A stretch of 64,000 nucleotides of DNA from an uncultured Acidimicrobiaceae bacterium (lineage in GTDB: Bacteria > Actinomycetota > Acidimicrobiia > Acidimicrobiales > RAAP-2): the NCBI GenBank assembly GCA_963845485.1, contig CAWJSI010000002.1, forward strand, positions 8,440-72,439, in the 5' to 3' direction. Both the position numbers and the translations under genes were made by a program. Shown piece by piece: positions 8,001-18,244 of the stretch (the stretch's first letter is position 1; each line of letters opens with the position of its first letter). The notes under the pieces are model-generated. The model made no database searches. It saw only the letters and a list, made by a program, of their open reading frames with translations, and was not told the DNA's origin.

Positions 8001-10170
8001 TCAACAGCCCGATGGATCCAACCGGCCGTCGATCTTGAAGATGTCGATGAAGCTGGCGCCCACGGCGGTCGGCACGACGGCTCTTGACCACGGACCTGGC
8101 TTCCGGATCGGTACTGGTCCAGAGGGCGGTGGAGCGGGGATCATTCGGGGTAGAAGCGGCTCGTCGGAAACCACATAGGAGAAGTGTCCTGCGTTGATGG
8201 CCGTGCGCCACTGCTCACAGTTGCGGATCGGACGAACGCACCGTGAGGTTCGTGAGTACCGATGAAAACCACCTTGTTGGTGAGGTCCGAGCCGTAGAGC
8301 GGATAGTGAGGATCAGGCCTGACACCCCGATGCGGGCATGATGCACGGTGTCGGCCCAGCGGTCGAGCGACACTGGGGATCCGTCGCGATACCAGTGCGC
8401 CAGGTAGAACCGTTCTGCGGAAAACCCGCCGACCACACCGCGCAGGCCGTCCCCACCAGCGCTACGGTCGTGGGGACGGATAGCCCCTCCGATCGCTGCG
8501 CCGCGCCTGCATCAGTACTCCCCCGGCCACCAGGACAATTCCCCGACCAGCAGGCTCTCGACGCAACGAGTGGTAGGCGACGAGGCTTGGGGATCCCCAC
8601 CAGATCCCTTTAGCGAACTGGGTGGCGATGACCAAAACGCCGAACACGGCGAGGACCACCTTTGACCACCGGGTGCCCGCAGTGAGCAGTGGAAGCGTCA
8701 GAACGCCCGTGAGTACGGTCAGGGCCACGAATCGAAGGTCGTAGACGATCGAGCCAGGGAGGTTGGGCTCCGGCGTGAAGAGATAGCCAGCCAGGGTGGC
8801 CACTCCCACGAAGGCGAGCAGTCGGGCCATGGTGGCCGCGCTCGGGCCACCCCCGGTTGCTCCGGCCTGGGACCCATTCACTCGTTGGGTCGACAGACCG
8901 ATGAGCGCCCGCACCTGCGGGGCCGTACCCGCAAGAGTGCCGACCACCGAGCCAACGCCGGCAGTCGCCAGGAGCAACCACCAACCGGGCCCGAAGGCCT
9001 GACTGAAGCCTGGGTAGGACATTGGCCGTCCACACATCTCGGTGGAAGATCACGTGCCACACCGTGTAGGAGGGCAGGGATTCCGGGCTCGGGAGATGGA
9101 GGAAGCCCAGCGAATATGTGGACGTTGGGCAGGGGATTGCCGGCATCGACCCAGTTGCGGGCGTACCACAGACCCCCGGCGATAATGACGATTCCGCACC
9201 AGGCCACCCCGATGCGAAATCGGTGGCCCCGTGGGAGAAGCACAAACACGCCGATGGTCAGGGCGATGACCGGGAAGACGAAGGTGTACTTCACACCGAG
9301 GGCCAAACCGGTGGCCAAGGCGGCAACCAGGAGGCCGGCGATATCCGGTCCTCGGTTGCGGAGAGGTTTCACCGAAGCGAGCAGAGCCACGGCCGAGAGC
9401 ACCAAGGCCATTCCCACGATGTCGTTGTAGGCGCCTCCGGGTTCATCGGCCACCAGCTCGGTCGTGCCCATCACCACGGCGGTTCCCATCACCGCCAGGG
9501 AGCCGACCCCAAAGAGGGACCCGAGACACCAGGCGGCGAACAACGCCAACGCCAACCAAGCCATGTTGAGGACAAGGGACAGGACGTCACTCCCCATGAC
9601 TTCGATTCCCACGGCATGGATCAGCTCGGACGTTGCCGGATAGAAGGCGATGACATTGTCATTGTTGACGTTGTGGAGGGCGACTACCGAACCCGATTGG
9701 GCGAACTGCGCCGCAATGGGCATGTGGTACCAGAGGCTGTCAACGTTGGTCATGCCCGTGCGGAATGAGTTGATCCATCCTGGGCTCCACTCGGCAGCCA
9801 CCAGGGCCACAGAGACCAACGCACCGACTCGCTCCCACCTCCCTTCGCTCCGGCCGCCGGCCGTCGACACCAGGTACTCGTCGTCACGTCGACGCTGCGG
9901 CCATCCGCGCCGGCGGGAGACCGTCCACGCCATCAGTCCGAGAACGCCAACGATGGCAACGAGTGCCGGAAGGTGGAGCTGTCCGATCACACCGAGGAGC
10001 TGGGCGATAATCACCAGGACTCCGATCCCAAGGATCAATCGGACCAGGAGCGCCCTTCCTCCGCTCCAGGTGGGAAGAAACCGCACTCCGACCGCCACGG
10101 CGATCGCCCACAGTCCACTACTAAGCACCAGAGCGGATGCCAGTCCCTCGATGTATCGAGCCGAAGTCAA
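8001..10170 (-). pseudogene. Frameshift-disrupted gene for a large polytopic membrane protein (GT-C-like?) with a soluble C-terminal domain
   Basis: Protein-like sense continues across at least four minus-strand frames. ORF 8878..10170 gives TM helices up to ...WYARNWVDAGNPLP. ORF 8462..9037 gives more TM helices. ORF 8215..8436 gives ERFYLAHWYRDG... Two unlisted frames give RPDPHYPLYGSDLTNKVVFIGTHEPHGAFV and IRNCEQWRTAINAGHFSYVVSDEPLL, ending at TGA about 8001. Confidence 0.55.
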
Positions 10171-10277
10171 TTCCCCCCCAAACGGTCCCTGCGACCTAGG
10201 CAGTCCCGCCGCTTGCCACCGACACGCGAGAGGCTAGCGAAAGCGTCTCATGTCGGCCCGGACTCACCACGACGAAC

Positions 10278-10883
10278 CTAATCGCCCGGGATTGCCTCGC
10301 TCTGATGCCCACCTCGCACCGTGTGCCCGAGATAGGTGACCAGGCCCCGGCACCCGGCCTCGACGAGATCGAGGCACGTCTCGAATTCATCGCCATCCCC
10401 GTAGTAGGGATCGGGCACGTCGACAGCACCTCCGGCCCTCGGATCGAAACTACGAAGCATGACCAGGCGGTCGAGGTACCGGTCGTCGCCGGCCCGGCCC
10501 CTGGCCAGACTGACAAGGGTCTGCTGGTGGCCTCGGTCCAGGCACACCAGCAGGTCGGCACGGTCGAACCAGGCCGTCTCGAAGGCACGGGCCACGTGAC
10601 CGTGGTCGTGGTAACCACGCCGGACGAGAGCGGCGCGTGCCCGTTCGTCCATCGGCTCGCCGACATGCCAGTTGCCGGTGCCGGCACTTGTGACCTCCAG
10701 TCGATCGGCCAGGAGAATCCCATCGGCCAAGACGGCTTCGGCGGCCATGGCTCGCAGCACAACGTCGGCCATGGGTGACCGGCAGATGTTGCCGGTGCAC
10801 ACGAAACAGACCCGGAACACCGAGTCGCCCCCTCCGGCTTCGGGTCTGCCATCACGTCCGTGCTTCCCGTCGCTAATGCTCAC
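10278..10883 (-). CDS. Low-molecular-weight protein-tyrosine phosphatase
   Basis: P-loop VCFVCTGNICRSPMAD (CX5R-S) and D-loop DVPDPYYG. Confidence 0.9.
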   Translation of the reverse strand: MSISDGKHGRDGRPEAGGGDSVFRVCFVCTGNICRSPMADVVLRAMAAEAVLADGILLADRLEVTSAGTGNWHVGEPMDERARAALVRRGYHDHGHVARAFETAWFDRADLLVCLDRGHQQTLVSLARGRAGDDRYLDRLVMLRSFDPRAGGAVDVPDPYYGDGDEFETCLDLVEAGCRGLVTYLGHTVRGGHQSEAIPGD

Positions 10884-11017
10884 CTGCCCATTCTGCCCGT
10901 CGGGGCGGGCGCACTCGCCCCGATGGTGCGGCCGCCCTTCCTCGGCCGAGCTCCCTGCCGGTACGCTGCCCCACGACGGGTCGCCACCGGGCGACCCACA
11001 CGCCCGGGGAGGGTCAG

Positions 11018-11527
11018 ATGGCCGACGATCAGGCGCCGCAGCAGATGGGTCACGGCGTGAAGCAACGGGACCAGATCAAAATGACCCCCGAGGAAGTCGA
11101 CGCCTTCCTCCACGAGCGGCGACCCATGACGATGTGCACACTCAACCACGACGGATCCATCCATGCCGTGGCCATGTGGTACGGATTCCTCGACGGGTCG
11201 ATCGCCATCGAGACGAAGGCCAAGGCCCAAAAAGCCGTCAATCTCGGGCGCGACGCCAAGCTCACCTGCATGTTCGAGGACGGGGACTACTACGAGGAGC
11301 TCCGGGGCGTCGAGTTGGTCGGGACGGCCGAGATCATCGACGATCCGGACAAGATGCTGGAGCTGGGTATCAGCGTGTTCGAGCGCTACTACGGCGCCTA
11401 CACCGAGGAGCTGAAGCCGTTCGTCGAGACGATGCTCCACAAGCGGGTGGTGGTCAAGCTCAATGTCGAGCGCACGGTGTCCTGGGACCACCGCAAGCTG
11501 GGCCTCCCCTCGACACGACCGGCCTGA
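11018..11527 (+). CDS. PPOX-class (pyridoxamine 5'-phosphate oxidase-like), probably F420-dependent, enzyme
   Basis: MTPEEVDAFLHERRPMTMCTLNHDGSIHAVAMWYGF...VERTVSWDHRKL is the typical split-barrel family layout. The true start may be an internal ATG (MTPEE...). Confidence 0.8.
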   Translation: MADDQAPQQMGHGVKQRDQIKMTPEEVDAFLHERRPMTMCTLNHDGSIHAVAMWYGFLDGSIAIETKAKAQKAVNLGRDAKLTCMFEDGDYYEELRGVELVGTAEIIDDPDKMLELGISVFERYYGAYTEELKPFVETMLHKRVVVKLNVERTVSWDHRKLGLPSTRPA

Positions 11528-11537
11528 GGAGGTCCAC

Positions 11538-11999
11538 GTGCCCTTTCATCCCATGAACCACGACGAACTGGTGGCCCTTCTCACCAGTGATCCACCTCAC
11601 ACCGGCAAGTTGGCCACCGTGCGCGCCGACGGTCGTCCCCACGTGGCCCCGATCTGGTTCGTCCTCGATCCCTCGACGGCCGACAAGGACTCCCCCCTCG
11701 GTGACATTGTCTTCAACACCGGGAAGGACACCTTGAAGGGCAAGTCCCTCCTCCGGGATCCCCGAGCCTCCCTGTGCATCGACGACGAGCAACCGCCCTT
11801 CGCCTTTGCCACGTTCGAGGGGGAGGTAACCATCAGCGAGGAGCTCGGCGAGGTGGCCCGGTGGGCCGCCGCCCTCGGGGGTCGTTATATGGGCCACGAC
11901 CGTGCCGACGAGTACGGCCGGCGCAACGGCGTTCCCGGCGAGCTACTCGTCCGGCTGCGACCGACCCATATCGCCTCGGCCGCCGATCTGGCGGATTGA
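11538..11999 (+). CDS. PPOX-class (F420-dependent-like) enzyme, second copy
   Basis: GTG 11538 lies after GAGGAGG. Reads GKLATVRADGRPHVAPIWFVLD...ASLCIDDEQPPFAFATFEGEV. Confidence 0.8.
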   Translation: MPFHPMNHDELVALLTSDPPHTGKLATVRADGRPHVAPIWFVLDPSTADKDSPLGDIVFNTGKDTLKGKSLLRDPRASLCIDDEQPPFAFATFEGEVTISEELGEVARWAAALGGRYMGHDRADEYGRRNGVPGELLVRLRPTHIASAADLAD

Positions 12000-12092
12000 C
12001 CCAAAGGCGCCGGCGCCCGAAGGTCACCGGCGCCCGTGGCACGGGACACCACCGGGCTGCTAGGCACTGACACCGACAAGGGGGAGTTCACC

Positions 12093-12887
12093 ATGATTCT
12101 CGATCGCTTCACCATGACCGATCAGGTGGCCATCGTCACCGGTGCCGGTCGCGGTATCGGGGCGGCCTCGGCCGTGGCCCTGGCCGAGGCCGGTGCCGAC
12201 GTCGTCATCTCGGCCCGGACCGCCGATCAACTCGGCGCCGTGGCCAAACAGATCGAGTCGGCCGGACGCCGTGCGGTGATCGTGCCCGCCGACCTGAGCG
12301 ACCTCGAGGCGGTGGCGGCCCTGGTCGACCACGCCCGGGATGCCTTCGGGCGCCTCGACCTGGTGGTCAACAACGTGGGCGGTGCCATGCCCCGCCCGTT
12401 CATGGACACCTCGCCCGGCCGCCTCGAGCAGGCCTTCCACTTCAACGTGTCCACCGCCCACGCGCTGCTCCGGCCGGCCGTGCCCCTCATGCTCGAGGGT
12501 GACGGCGGCTCGGTGGTGAACATCTCCTCGGCCATGGGCCGGATGGCCGGCCGCGGCTATGTGGCCTACGGCACCGCCAAGGGAGCGCTGGCCCACTACA
12601 CCCGACTGGCCGCCGCCGATCTCTCGCCCCGGATCAGGGTCAACGCCATCGCCGTGGGATCGGTTGCCACCTCCGCCCTCGACATCGTCATGCAGACCGA
12701 CGAGCTCCGCGTGGCCCTGGAAGAAGGCACGCCACTCAAGCGCATCGGCGATCCCGAGGACATCGCCGCCACCGTGGTCTACCTCGCCTCGCGGGCCGGC
12801 TCCTACATCACCGGCAAGATCATCGAGGTCGACGGGGGCATCGAGAGCCCCAACCTCGACATGGGCCTCCCCGACATCTCCGTCTGA
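12093..12887 (+). CDS. Short-chain dehydrogenase/reductase (SDR)
   Basis: ATG 12093 lies after AAGGGGGAG. Contains [10 protein letters not shown] (cofactor motif), NISS and YGTAKGAL (YxxxK). Confidence 0.9.
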   Translation: MILDRFTMTDQVAIVTGAGRGIGAASAVALAEAGADVVISARTADQLGAVAKQIESAGRRAVIVPADLSDLEAVAALVDHARDAFGRLDLVVNNVGGAMPRPFMDTSPGRLEQAFHFNVSTAHALLRPAVPLMLEGDGGSVVNISSAMGRMAGRGYVAYGTAKGALAHYTRLAAADLSPRIRVNAIAVGSVATSALDIVMQTDELRVALEEGTPLKRIGDPEDIAATVVYLASRAGSYITGKIIEVDGGIESPNLDMGLPDISV

Positions 12888-12929
12888 CCGGGGCTCGGCC
12901 CCTCCCATCCCAGCTAGCAAGGAGTACCC

Positions 12930-14003
12930 GTGACCAAGACCTATCGCGTCGTCGCCTGGTCCACCGGCAATGTCGGCCGCCACGCCATCGCCGGCATCGA
13001 CGCCCGGCCCGACCTCGAACTGGTCGGCCTCTGGGTGTCCAATCCCGACAAGGTGGGCAAGGACGCCGGCGAGTTGGCCGGACTGGACCGGGTTCTCGGG
13101 GTGGCGGCCACCGACGATGTCGAGGCGCTCTTGGCCCTCGAGCCCGACGTGGTGGTCCACACGGCCATGGCCGACCACCGGCTCATGGAGGCCATCGCCG
13201 ACATGGAGCGCATCCTGCGGGCCGGCGTGAACGTGGTCTCGAGCGGGCCCGTCTTCCTGCAGTACCCCTATGGGGTGGTCGACGACTCGATGATCGCCCC
13301 CATCCAGGCCGCCGCCGTCGAAGGAGGGGTGTCGCTCTTCGTCAACGGGGTGGACCCCGGATTCGCCAACGATGCCCTGCCCCTCGTCCTCTCGGGGGTG
13401 TGCGAGCGCATCGAGGAGGTACGGGTGGCCGAGGTCCTCAACTACGCCACCTACAACCAGCCCATGGTCATCTTCGACATCATGGGGTTCGGGCGTCCCA
13501 TCGACGACGTGCCGATGATCCTCCAGCCGGGCGTCATGACCATGGCCTGGGGCAGCGTCGTTCGCCAGCTCGCCGCCGGGCTCGAGGTGGAGCTGGACAG
13601 CGTGGAGGAGTGGTACGAGCGGCTGCCGGCCACCGAAACCTTCGAGGTCGACTCGGGCACCATCGAGAAGGGCACGGCCGCCGCACTCCACTTCGAGCTG
13701 CGCGGCCTCCGCAACGGCAAGGCGGTCATCGTGCTCGAGCATGTGACCCGGCTGCATGACGATCTCGCCCCCGACTGGCCACAGCCCGCCGGTCACGGCT
13801 GTTATCGGGTGACCATCACCGGAGAGCCCACCTACACGCTCGACCTCCAGCTCCTCGGCACCGACGGCGATCACAACACCGCGGGGCTGAAGGCCACGGC
13901 CATGCGCCTGGTCAATGCCATCCCCGCCGTGGTGGAGGGAGCTCCCGGCCTGCTCACCGCCCTCGACCTGCCCCCGGTATACGGACGCGGCCTGGTGGTC
14001 TGA
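12930..14003 (+). CDS. NAD(P)-binding DapB-N-like oxidoreductase (function unknown)
   Basis: N-terminus YRVVAWSTGNVGRHAIAGIDARPDLELVGLWV (Rossmann, DapB-like). Clear paralogue of 53662..54753. Confidence 0.75.
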   Translation: MTKTYRVVAWSTGNVGRHAIAGIDARPDLELVGLWVSNPDKVGKDAGELAGLDRVLGVAATDDVEALLALEPDVVVHTAMADHRLMEAIADMERILRAGVNVVSSGPVFLQYPYGVVDDSMIAPIQAAAVEGGVSLFVNGVDPGFANDALPLVLSGVCERIEEVRVAEVLNYATYNQPMVIFDIMGFGRPIDDVPMILQPGVMTMAWGSVVRQLAAGLEVELDSVEEWYERLPATETFEVDSGTIEKGTAAALHFELRGLRNGKAVIVLEHVTRLHDDLAPDWPQPAGHGCYRVTITGEPTYTLDLQLLGTDGDHNTAGLKATAMRLVNAIPAVVEGAPGLLTALDLPPVYGRGLVV

Positions 14004-14121
14004 ACCCGTCCGCACCCAACGGATACGTCGTCGGCCGGGGAGCGGTCCACCCGGCCTCGGACGGGCCCCAAGCGACGAACTGTAGGGTCCCGGGCATGAT
14101 CCCTGCCCCCGGTGCCCGACC

Positions 14122-16056
14122 ATGAGCATGGGCGGCCACGGCATGGGCGGTGGCGGCGGGCAGTTCGGTGGCGTCATGCGCTCGATGCGACGGGACGACT
14201 CGGTGACCCAGCAGAAGGTCACCAAGGGCACGGCCCGACGGATGATCCGGTTCGCCCGCCCCTACCGGTCCATCCTGATCTGGTTCTTGGTGCTGGTGGT
14301 CATCGATGCGGTGATCGGGGTGGTCAATCCCCTCTTGTTCCGCTCCATCATCGACAAGGGCATCCCCGAGCACAACAAGAGCCTCATCATCGGCCTGGCC
14401 GCCGTGGCCGCCGTGCTGGCCGTCGTCGATACCGCGCTGTCCATCGGTATCCGGTACGTGTCGGCCAAGGTCGGCGAAGGCCTCATCTTCGACATGCGCT
14501 CCAAGGTCTTCGAGCACATCCAAAAGATGCCCATCGCCTTTTTCACCAGGACCCAGACCGGGGCGCTGATCAGTCGGCTCAACAACGACGTCATCGGGGC
14601 CCAACAGGCGTTCACCGACACGCTGTCGTCGGTGGTGTCCAACCTGATCAGTGTCACCTTGGTGTTGATCGTGATGTTCCTGTTGTCCTGGCAGATCACC
14701 ATCATCAGCCTGATCATCCTGCCCGTCTTCGTCCTGCCGGCCAAGCGGGTCGGCCGCCGCCTGTCCTCGATCACCCGGGAGTCCTACGGGCTGAACGCCC
14801 AGATGAACAACACCATGACCGAGCGGTTCAACGTCTCGGGGGCTCTTCTCGTCAAGCTGTTCGGACGCCCCGACCAGGAACGGGACGAGTTCGAACAGAA
14901 GGCCGGACGGGTGCGGGACATCGGCGTCACCCAGGCCATGTACGCCAGGTTCTTCATCGCCGCCCTCACCCTGACCGCGGCGCTGGCCACGGCGGTCGTC
15001 TACGGCTGGGGTGGCATCCAGGTGATCGACGGCACCCTCGAGCTCGGCACGGTGGTGGCCCTGGCCGCCTACCTGGCCCGCCTCTACGGCCCCCTCACCG
15101 CGCTGTCCAACGTGCAGATCGACGTGATGACGGCCCTCGTCTCCTTCGACCGGGTCTTCGAGGTCCTCGACCTGCCCCCCATGATCCAGGACAAGCCCGA
15201 CGCCCGTGCCGTTCCCACCGGCCCGGCCCGGGTCGAGTTCGAGCACGTCGACTTTCGCTACCCGGCAGCCGAAGAAGTCTCCCTGGCCTCGCTGGAGTCG
15301 GTGGCCGTGCTGGACACCACCGTCTCCCAGCAGGTGCTCTTCGACGTCAACTTCATCGCCGAACCCGGTCAGCTGGTGGCCCTGGTGGGTCCGTCCGGGG
15401 CCGGGAAGACCACCATCAGCCAACTCCTCCCCCGCCTCTATGACGTGCGTTCGGGCGCCATCCGGATCAACGGCCTCGACGTGCGCGACACCACTTCGAC
15501 CTCACTGACCTCGACCATCGGGGTGGTCACCCAGGACGCGCACCTGTTCCACGACACCATCCGGGGGAATCTCCTCTACGCCAAACCCGATGCCACGGAC
15601 GGCGAGATCGAGGCGGCACTGGCCGGGGCCCAGATCGCCACCATGGTCTCATCGCTACCCGATGGGCTCGACACCGTGGTGGGTGACCGGGGCTACCGCC
15701 TGTCGGGGGGCGAGAAGCAGCGCATCGCCATCGCCCGGATCCTCCTCAAAGCTCCTGAGATCGTGGTGTTGGACGAGGCCACCGCCCACCTCGACTCGGA
15801 GTCCGAGGCGGCCGTCCAGCAGGCCCTCGCCACCGCACTCAGCGGGCGCACCTCCCTCGTCATCGCCCACCGCCTGTCGACGGTGCGCGAGGCCGACATG
15901 ATCCTCGTCCTCGACCACGGGCGCATCGTCGAACGCGGGCGCCACGACCAACTGCTGGCCGCGGGGGGACAGTACGCCGAGCTCTACCGGATCCAGTTCG
16001 AGCGCCAGGAGTCGGGCACCACTGACGAGCAGCGCGAGCCCGACCCCTTCGACTGA
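14122..16056 (+). CDS. ABC exporter, fused permease/ATPase (MsbA-like)
   Basis: Six-helix TMD followed by an NBD with GPSGAGKTT, LSGGEKQRIAIARIL and VVLDEATAHLD. Confidence 0.9.
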   Translation: MSMGGHGMGGGGGQFGGVMRSMRRDDSVTQQKVTKGTARRMIRFARPYRSILIWFLVLVVIDAVIGVVNPLLFRSIIDKGIPEHNKSLIIGLAAVAAVLAVVDTALSIGIRYVSAKVGEGLIFDMRSKVFEHIQKMPIAFFTRTQTGALISRLNNDVIGAQQAFTDTLSSVVSNLISVTLVLIVMFLLSWQITIISLIILPVFVLPAKRVGRRLSSITRESYGLNAQMNNTMTERFNVSGALLVKLFGRPDQERDEFEQKAGRVRDIGVTQAMYARFFIAALTLTAALATAVVYGWGGIQVIDGTLELGTVVALAAYLARLYGPLTALSNVQIDVMTALVSFDRVFEVLDLPPMIQDKPDARAVPTGPARVEFEHVDFRYPAAEEVSLASLESVAVLDTTVSQQVLFDVNFIAEPGQLVALVGPSGAGKTTISQLLPRLYDVRSGAIRINGLDVRDTTSTSLTSTIGVVTQDAHLFHDTIRGNLLYAKPDATDGEIEAALAGAQIATMVSSLPDGLDTVVGDRGYRLSGGEKQRIAIARILLKAPEIVVLDEATAHLDSESEAAVQQALATALSGRTSLVIAHRLSTVREADMILVLDHGRIVERGRHDQLLAAGGQYAELYRIQFERQESGTTDEQREPDPFD

Positions 16057-16114
16057 CGGCCAAAGGCGCGCCGGTGTTCCGGCCAGACCTCGGGGGGCCA
16101 GTCGGTCAGGCGCG

Positions 16115-16300
16115 TCAGGCTGCCTCGCCGACGCACAACGAGGCCTCGCCCTTGTCGTGGGTGTCGCCGGGATCCACTTCGCGGTCCGACGACCATTCCT
16201 GTTCGCGGGCCGTGGTGGCCCGCTCGGCCCACTCGGGGCCGACGCGGTCGATGGTCATGGTGACCTCGCCGCGCTCACTTCTCAATTCGTGTTCGTACAT
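16115..16300 (-). CDS. Small acidic hypothetical protein (61 aa)
   Basis: ATG preceded by AGGAA. Hand-counted third-position GC is high (about 85%), as expected for a real frame here. No recognisable family. Confidence 0.45.
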   Translation of the reverse strand: MYEHELRSERGEVTMTIDRVGPEWAERATTAREQEWSSDREVDPGDTHDKGEASLCVGEAA

Positions 16301-16465
16301 GCGTTCCTACTTTCGGTGTTGATGTGTGTGGTCCGCGCCGGGCAGACCGTGGGGGACTCGGGACGCACGACGGCGCTCACCGGAGATCGGACCTAGGGCC
16401 CATCGGGAGAATGACCGAGACCGCAGTAGCGGTTCAGGGTGACTCACTTGGGATGCTCCCGGTAC

Positions 16466-16500
16466 AACAAAAAAGGAGCCGCTCCCAAAGAAGCGACTCC
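16466..16500 (-). terminator. Rho-independent terminator
   Basis: Minus strand reads GGAGTCGCTTC-TTTG-GGAGCGGCTCC followed by TTTTTTGTTG. The stem has one G-U pair, which is only possible in the minus-strand RNA. It lies 30 nt after the stop of ORF 16531..16716. Confidence 0.6.
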
Positions 16501-16530
16501 TCGACGGTTCCAGACCTTGTCAGTGTCTGT

Positions 16531-16716
16531 TCAGTCCGTCGAGAGTGCCTCCCGTACCGCCTTGGCGCTGGATACGAGTGCATCCTTGCTGCAGGCGGTG
16601 GAAATTCCGGCAATCGATACCGCCATGGACGGAGGCCCCGAGTCGACCAGTTTCTGGTCCTCGTCGGCCGCTCGCCCCTGCTTTGACGGATTGCCCATGT
16701 CCCTCACGAGTTCCAT
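16531..16716 (-). CDS. Small hypothetical protein (55-61 aa)
   Basis: ORF followed by a clean terminator. TACAAT lies directly upstream of ATG 16716, so the internal ATG at 16698 (MGNPSKQ...) may be the real start. Third-position GC is about 75%. Confidence 0.45.
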   Translation of the reverse strand: MELVRDMGNPSKQGRAADEDQKLVDSGPPSMAVSIAGISTACSKDALVSSAKAVREALSTD

Positions 16717-16864
16717 TGTAGCGGACCGGCCACGCCGAGCGAGTTCATTCTCGTAAGAACCTGGTGAGAGGCGGGGCAGAGGCCCGACCCATGTCCCGAC
16801 AGTGCCTGGCCCGGAGGTCAGGCCGGTCGACGGCGCCGAGTGACCGGGCCGTTACCGTTGACGG

Positions 16865-18163
16865 GTGGCCCGGTTCGTCGTCGACATCACCCCGCTGCGG
16901 CGCTACCGGCACTTCCGCCGCCTGTGGGCCGGCCAGGTGGTCTCGGGGATGGGTTCCCAGCTGACGCTGGTGGCCGTGTCCTTCCAGGCCTACTCCCTCA
17001 CCCACTCGACATTGGTGGTGGGTCTGATCGGGCTGGCGCAGCTCTTCCCACTGCTCGCCGGGGCCCTCTGGGGTGGCACCCTGGCTGACGCCATGGACCG
17101 GAGGAAGGTCCTCGTCCTCACCCAGGTGGCCATGGCTGCCTCCGTTGCCGGCCTCGTGGTCAACGCCTCCATGGCCCACCCGGCGGTGTGGCCCCTCTAT
17201 GTCTGTTCGGGCGCGGGAGCGGGATTCCAGGGCGTCGACTGGCCGGCCCGGCGGGCGGCGCTGCCCATGCTCGTCGATGCGGCCGACGTGACAGCGGCCA
17301 TCGCCCTGCAGACCACCATCCAGCAACTCGCCCTGGTGGCCGGTCCCGCCCTGGCCGGTGTGCTGATCGCCACCATCGGGCTCGGAGCCGTCTACGGCAT
17401 CGACGTGGCCACCTACGGCGTCGCCCTCCTGGCCGCGCTCCTCCTGCCCGCCCTCGTGCCCTCAGGTGGAGGCACGCCGATGGGTGTGCGGTCCATGACC
17501 GAGGGGTTCTCCCACCTGCGGGGCCAGAAGCTTCTGTCCGCCACCTACTGGATCGACCTCAACGCCATGATCTTCGGCATGCCCCGGGCCGTGTTCCCCG
17601 CCCTCGGCGCCGGCCTGTTCGGGGGCGGGGCCGGCGTGGTGGGGCTGCTCTACGCCGCCCCGGGCGCGGGATCGCTCATCGGCTCCCTGTTCACCGGATG
17701 GTGCAGCCGGGTCCGACACCAGGGCCGGGCCATCGCCGCGTGCGTGACCGTGTGGGGCGTCACCATCGGCCTGTTCGGCATCATTCCCGTCCTGTGGATC
17801 GGACTCACGCTCCTGGCCCTGGCCGGGGCGGCCGATGTCATCTCGGCCGTGTTCCGCCAGGCCGTACAGCAACGGGCGGTGCCCGAACACCTCCAGGGGC
17901 GGCTGTCGGGGACCTTCTTCGCCGTGGTGGCCGGAGGGCCGCGGCTCGGTGACGTCGAGGCCGGACTGGCCGCCGCCATCGGTGGGCCCCAGTTCGCCGT
18001 GTGGTCGGGCGGACTGGCCTGTGTGATGGGGGTGGGCGTCTTGTTGTGGCGCGTGCCCGAGCTGTGGCAGGACGCCGGCGGCGGCCGACCCCTCCCCGCC
18101 GGGGCCGAGGCCGAGGCCATCGCCGAGGCCACCTCGGAGTTGGGCGAGGGCGAGCCGCTGTAA
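16865..18163 (+). CDS. MFS transporter (EntS/DUF894-like)
   Basis: About 12 TM helices. N-terminal RRYRHFRRLWAGQVVS and motif-A-like GGTLADAMDRRKVLV. Confidence 0.85.
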   Translation: MARFVVDITPLRRYRHFRRLWAGQVVSGMGSQLTLVAVSFQAYSLTHSTLVVGLIGLAQLFPLLAGALWGGTLADAMDRRKVLVLTQVAMAASVAGLVVNASMAHPAVWPLYVCSGAGAGFQGVDWPARRAALPMLVDAADVTAAIALQTTIQQLALVAGPALAGVLIATIGLGAVYGIDVATYGVALLAALLLPALVPSGGGTPMGVRSMTEGFSHLRGQKLLSATYWIDLNAMIFGMPRAVFPALGAGLFGGGAGVVGLLYAAPGAGSLIGSLFTGWCSRVRHQGRAIAACVTVWGVTIGLFGIIPVLWIGLTLLALAGAADVISAVFRQAVQQRAVPEHLQGRLSGTFFAVVAGGPRLGDVEAGLAAAIGGPQFAVWSGGLACVMGVGVLLWRVPELWQDAGGGRPLPAGAEAEAIAEATSELGEGEPL

Positions 18164-18244
18164 CGAGCTGCGATGAGGGCACTGCATCGCTTAGCGCCCA
18201 CCACGAACTTGGAAGACGGGAGCAGTACCCTTCGGCCTGTGGCC

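Noticed and set aside
7369-8211. 280-aa minus-strand ORF overlapping the sulfatase 3' end.
   Set aside because: Most of it is antisense to the sulfatase gene. The non-overlapping part is better explained by the frameshifted pseudogene tail read in other frames.
12060-15423. 723-aa (12060..14231) and 489-aa (13954..15423) minus-strand ORFs.
   Set aside because: They are antisense to the SDR, DapB-like and ABC exporter genes, which have clear catalytic motifs. Their Gly/His/Asp/Arg-rich sequence has no domain signatures.
16531-16716. Possible dodecin (flavin-storage) homologue.
   Set aside because: Only the helix-like segment resembles dodecin, with a one-residue offset. The ORF terminates before the two C-terminal beta-strands a dodecin needs.
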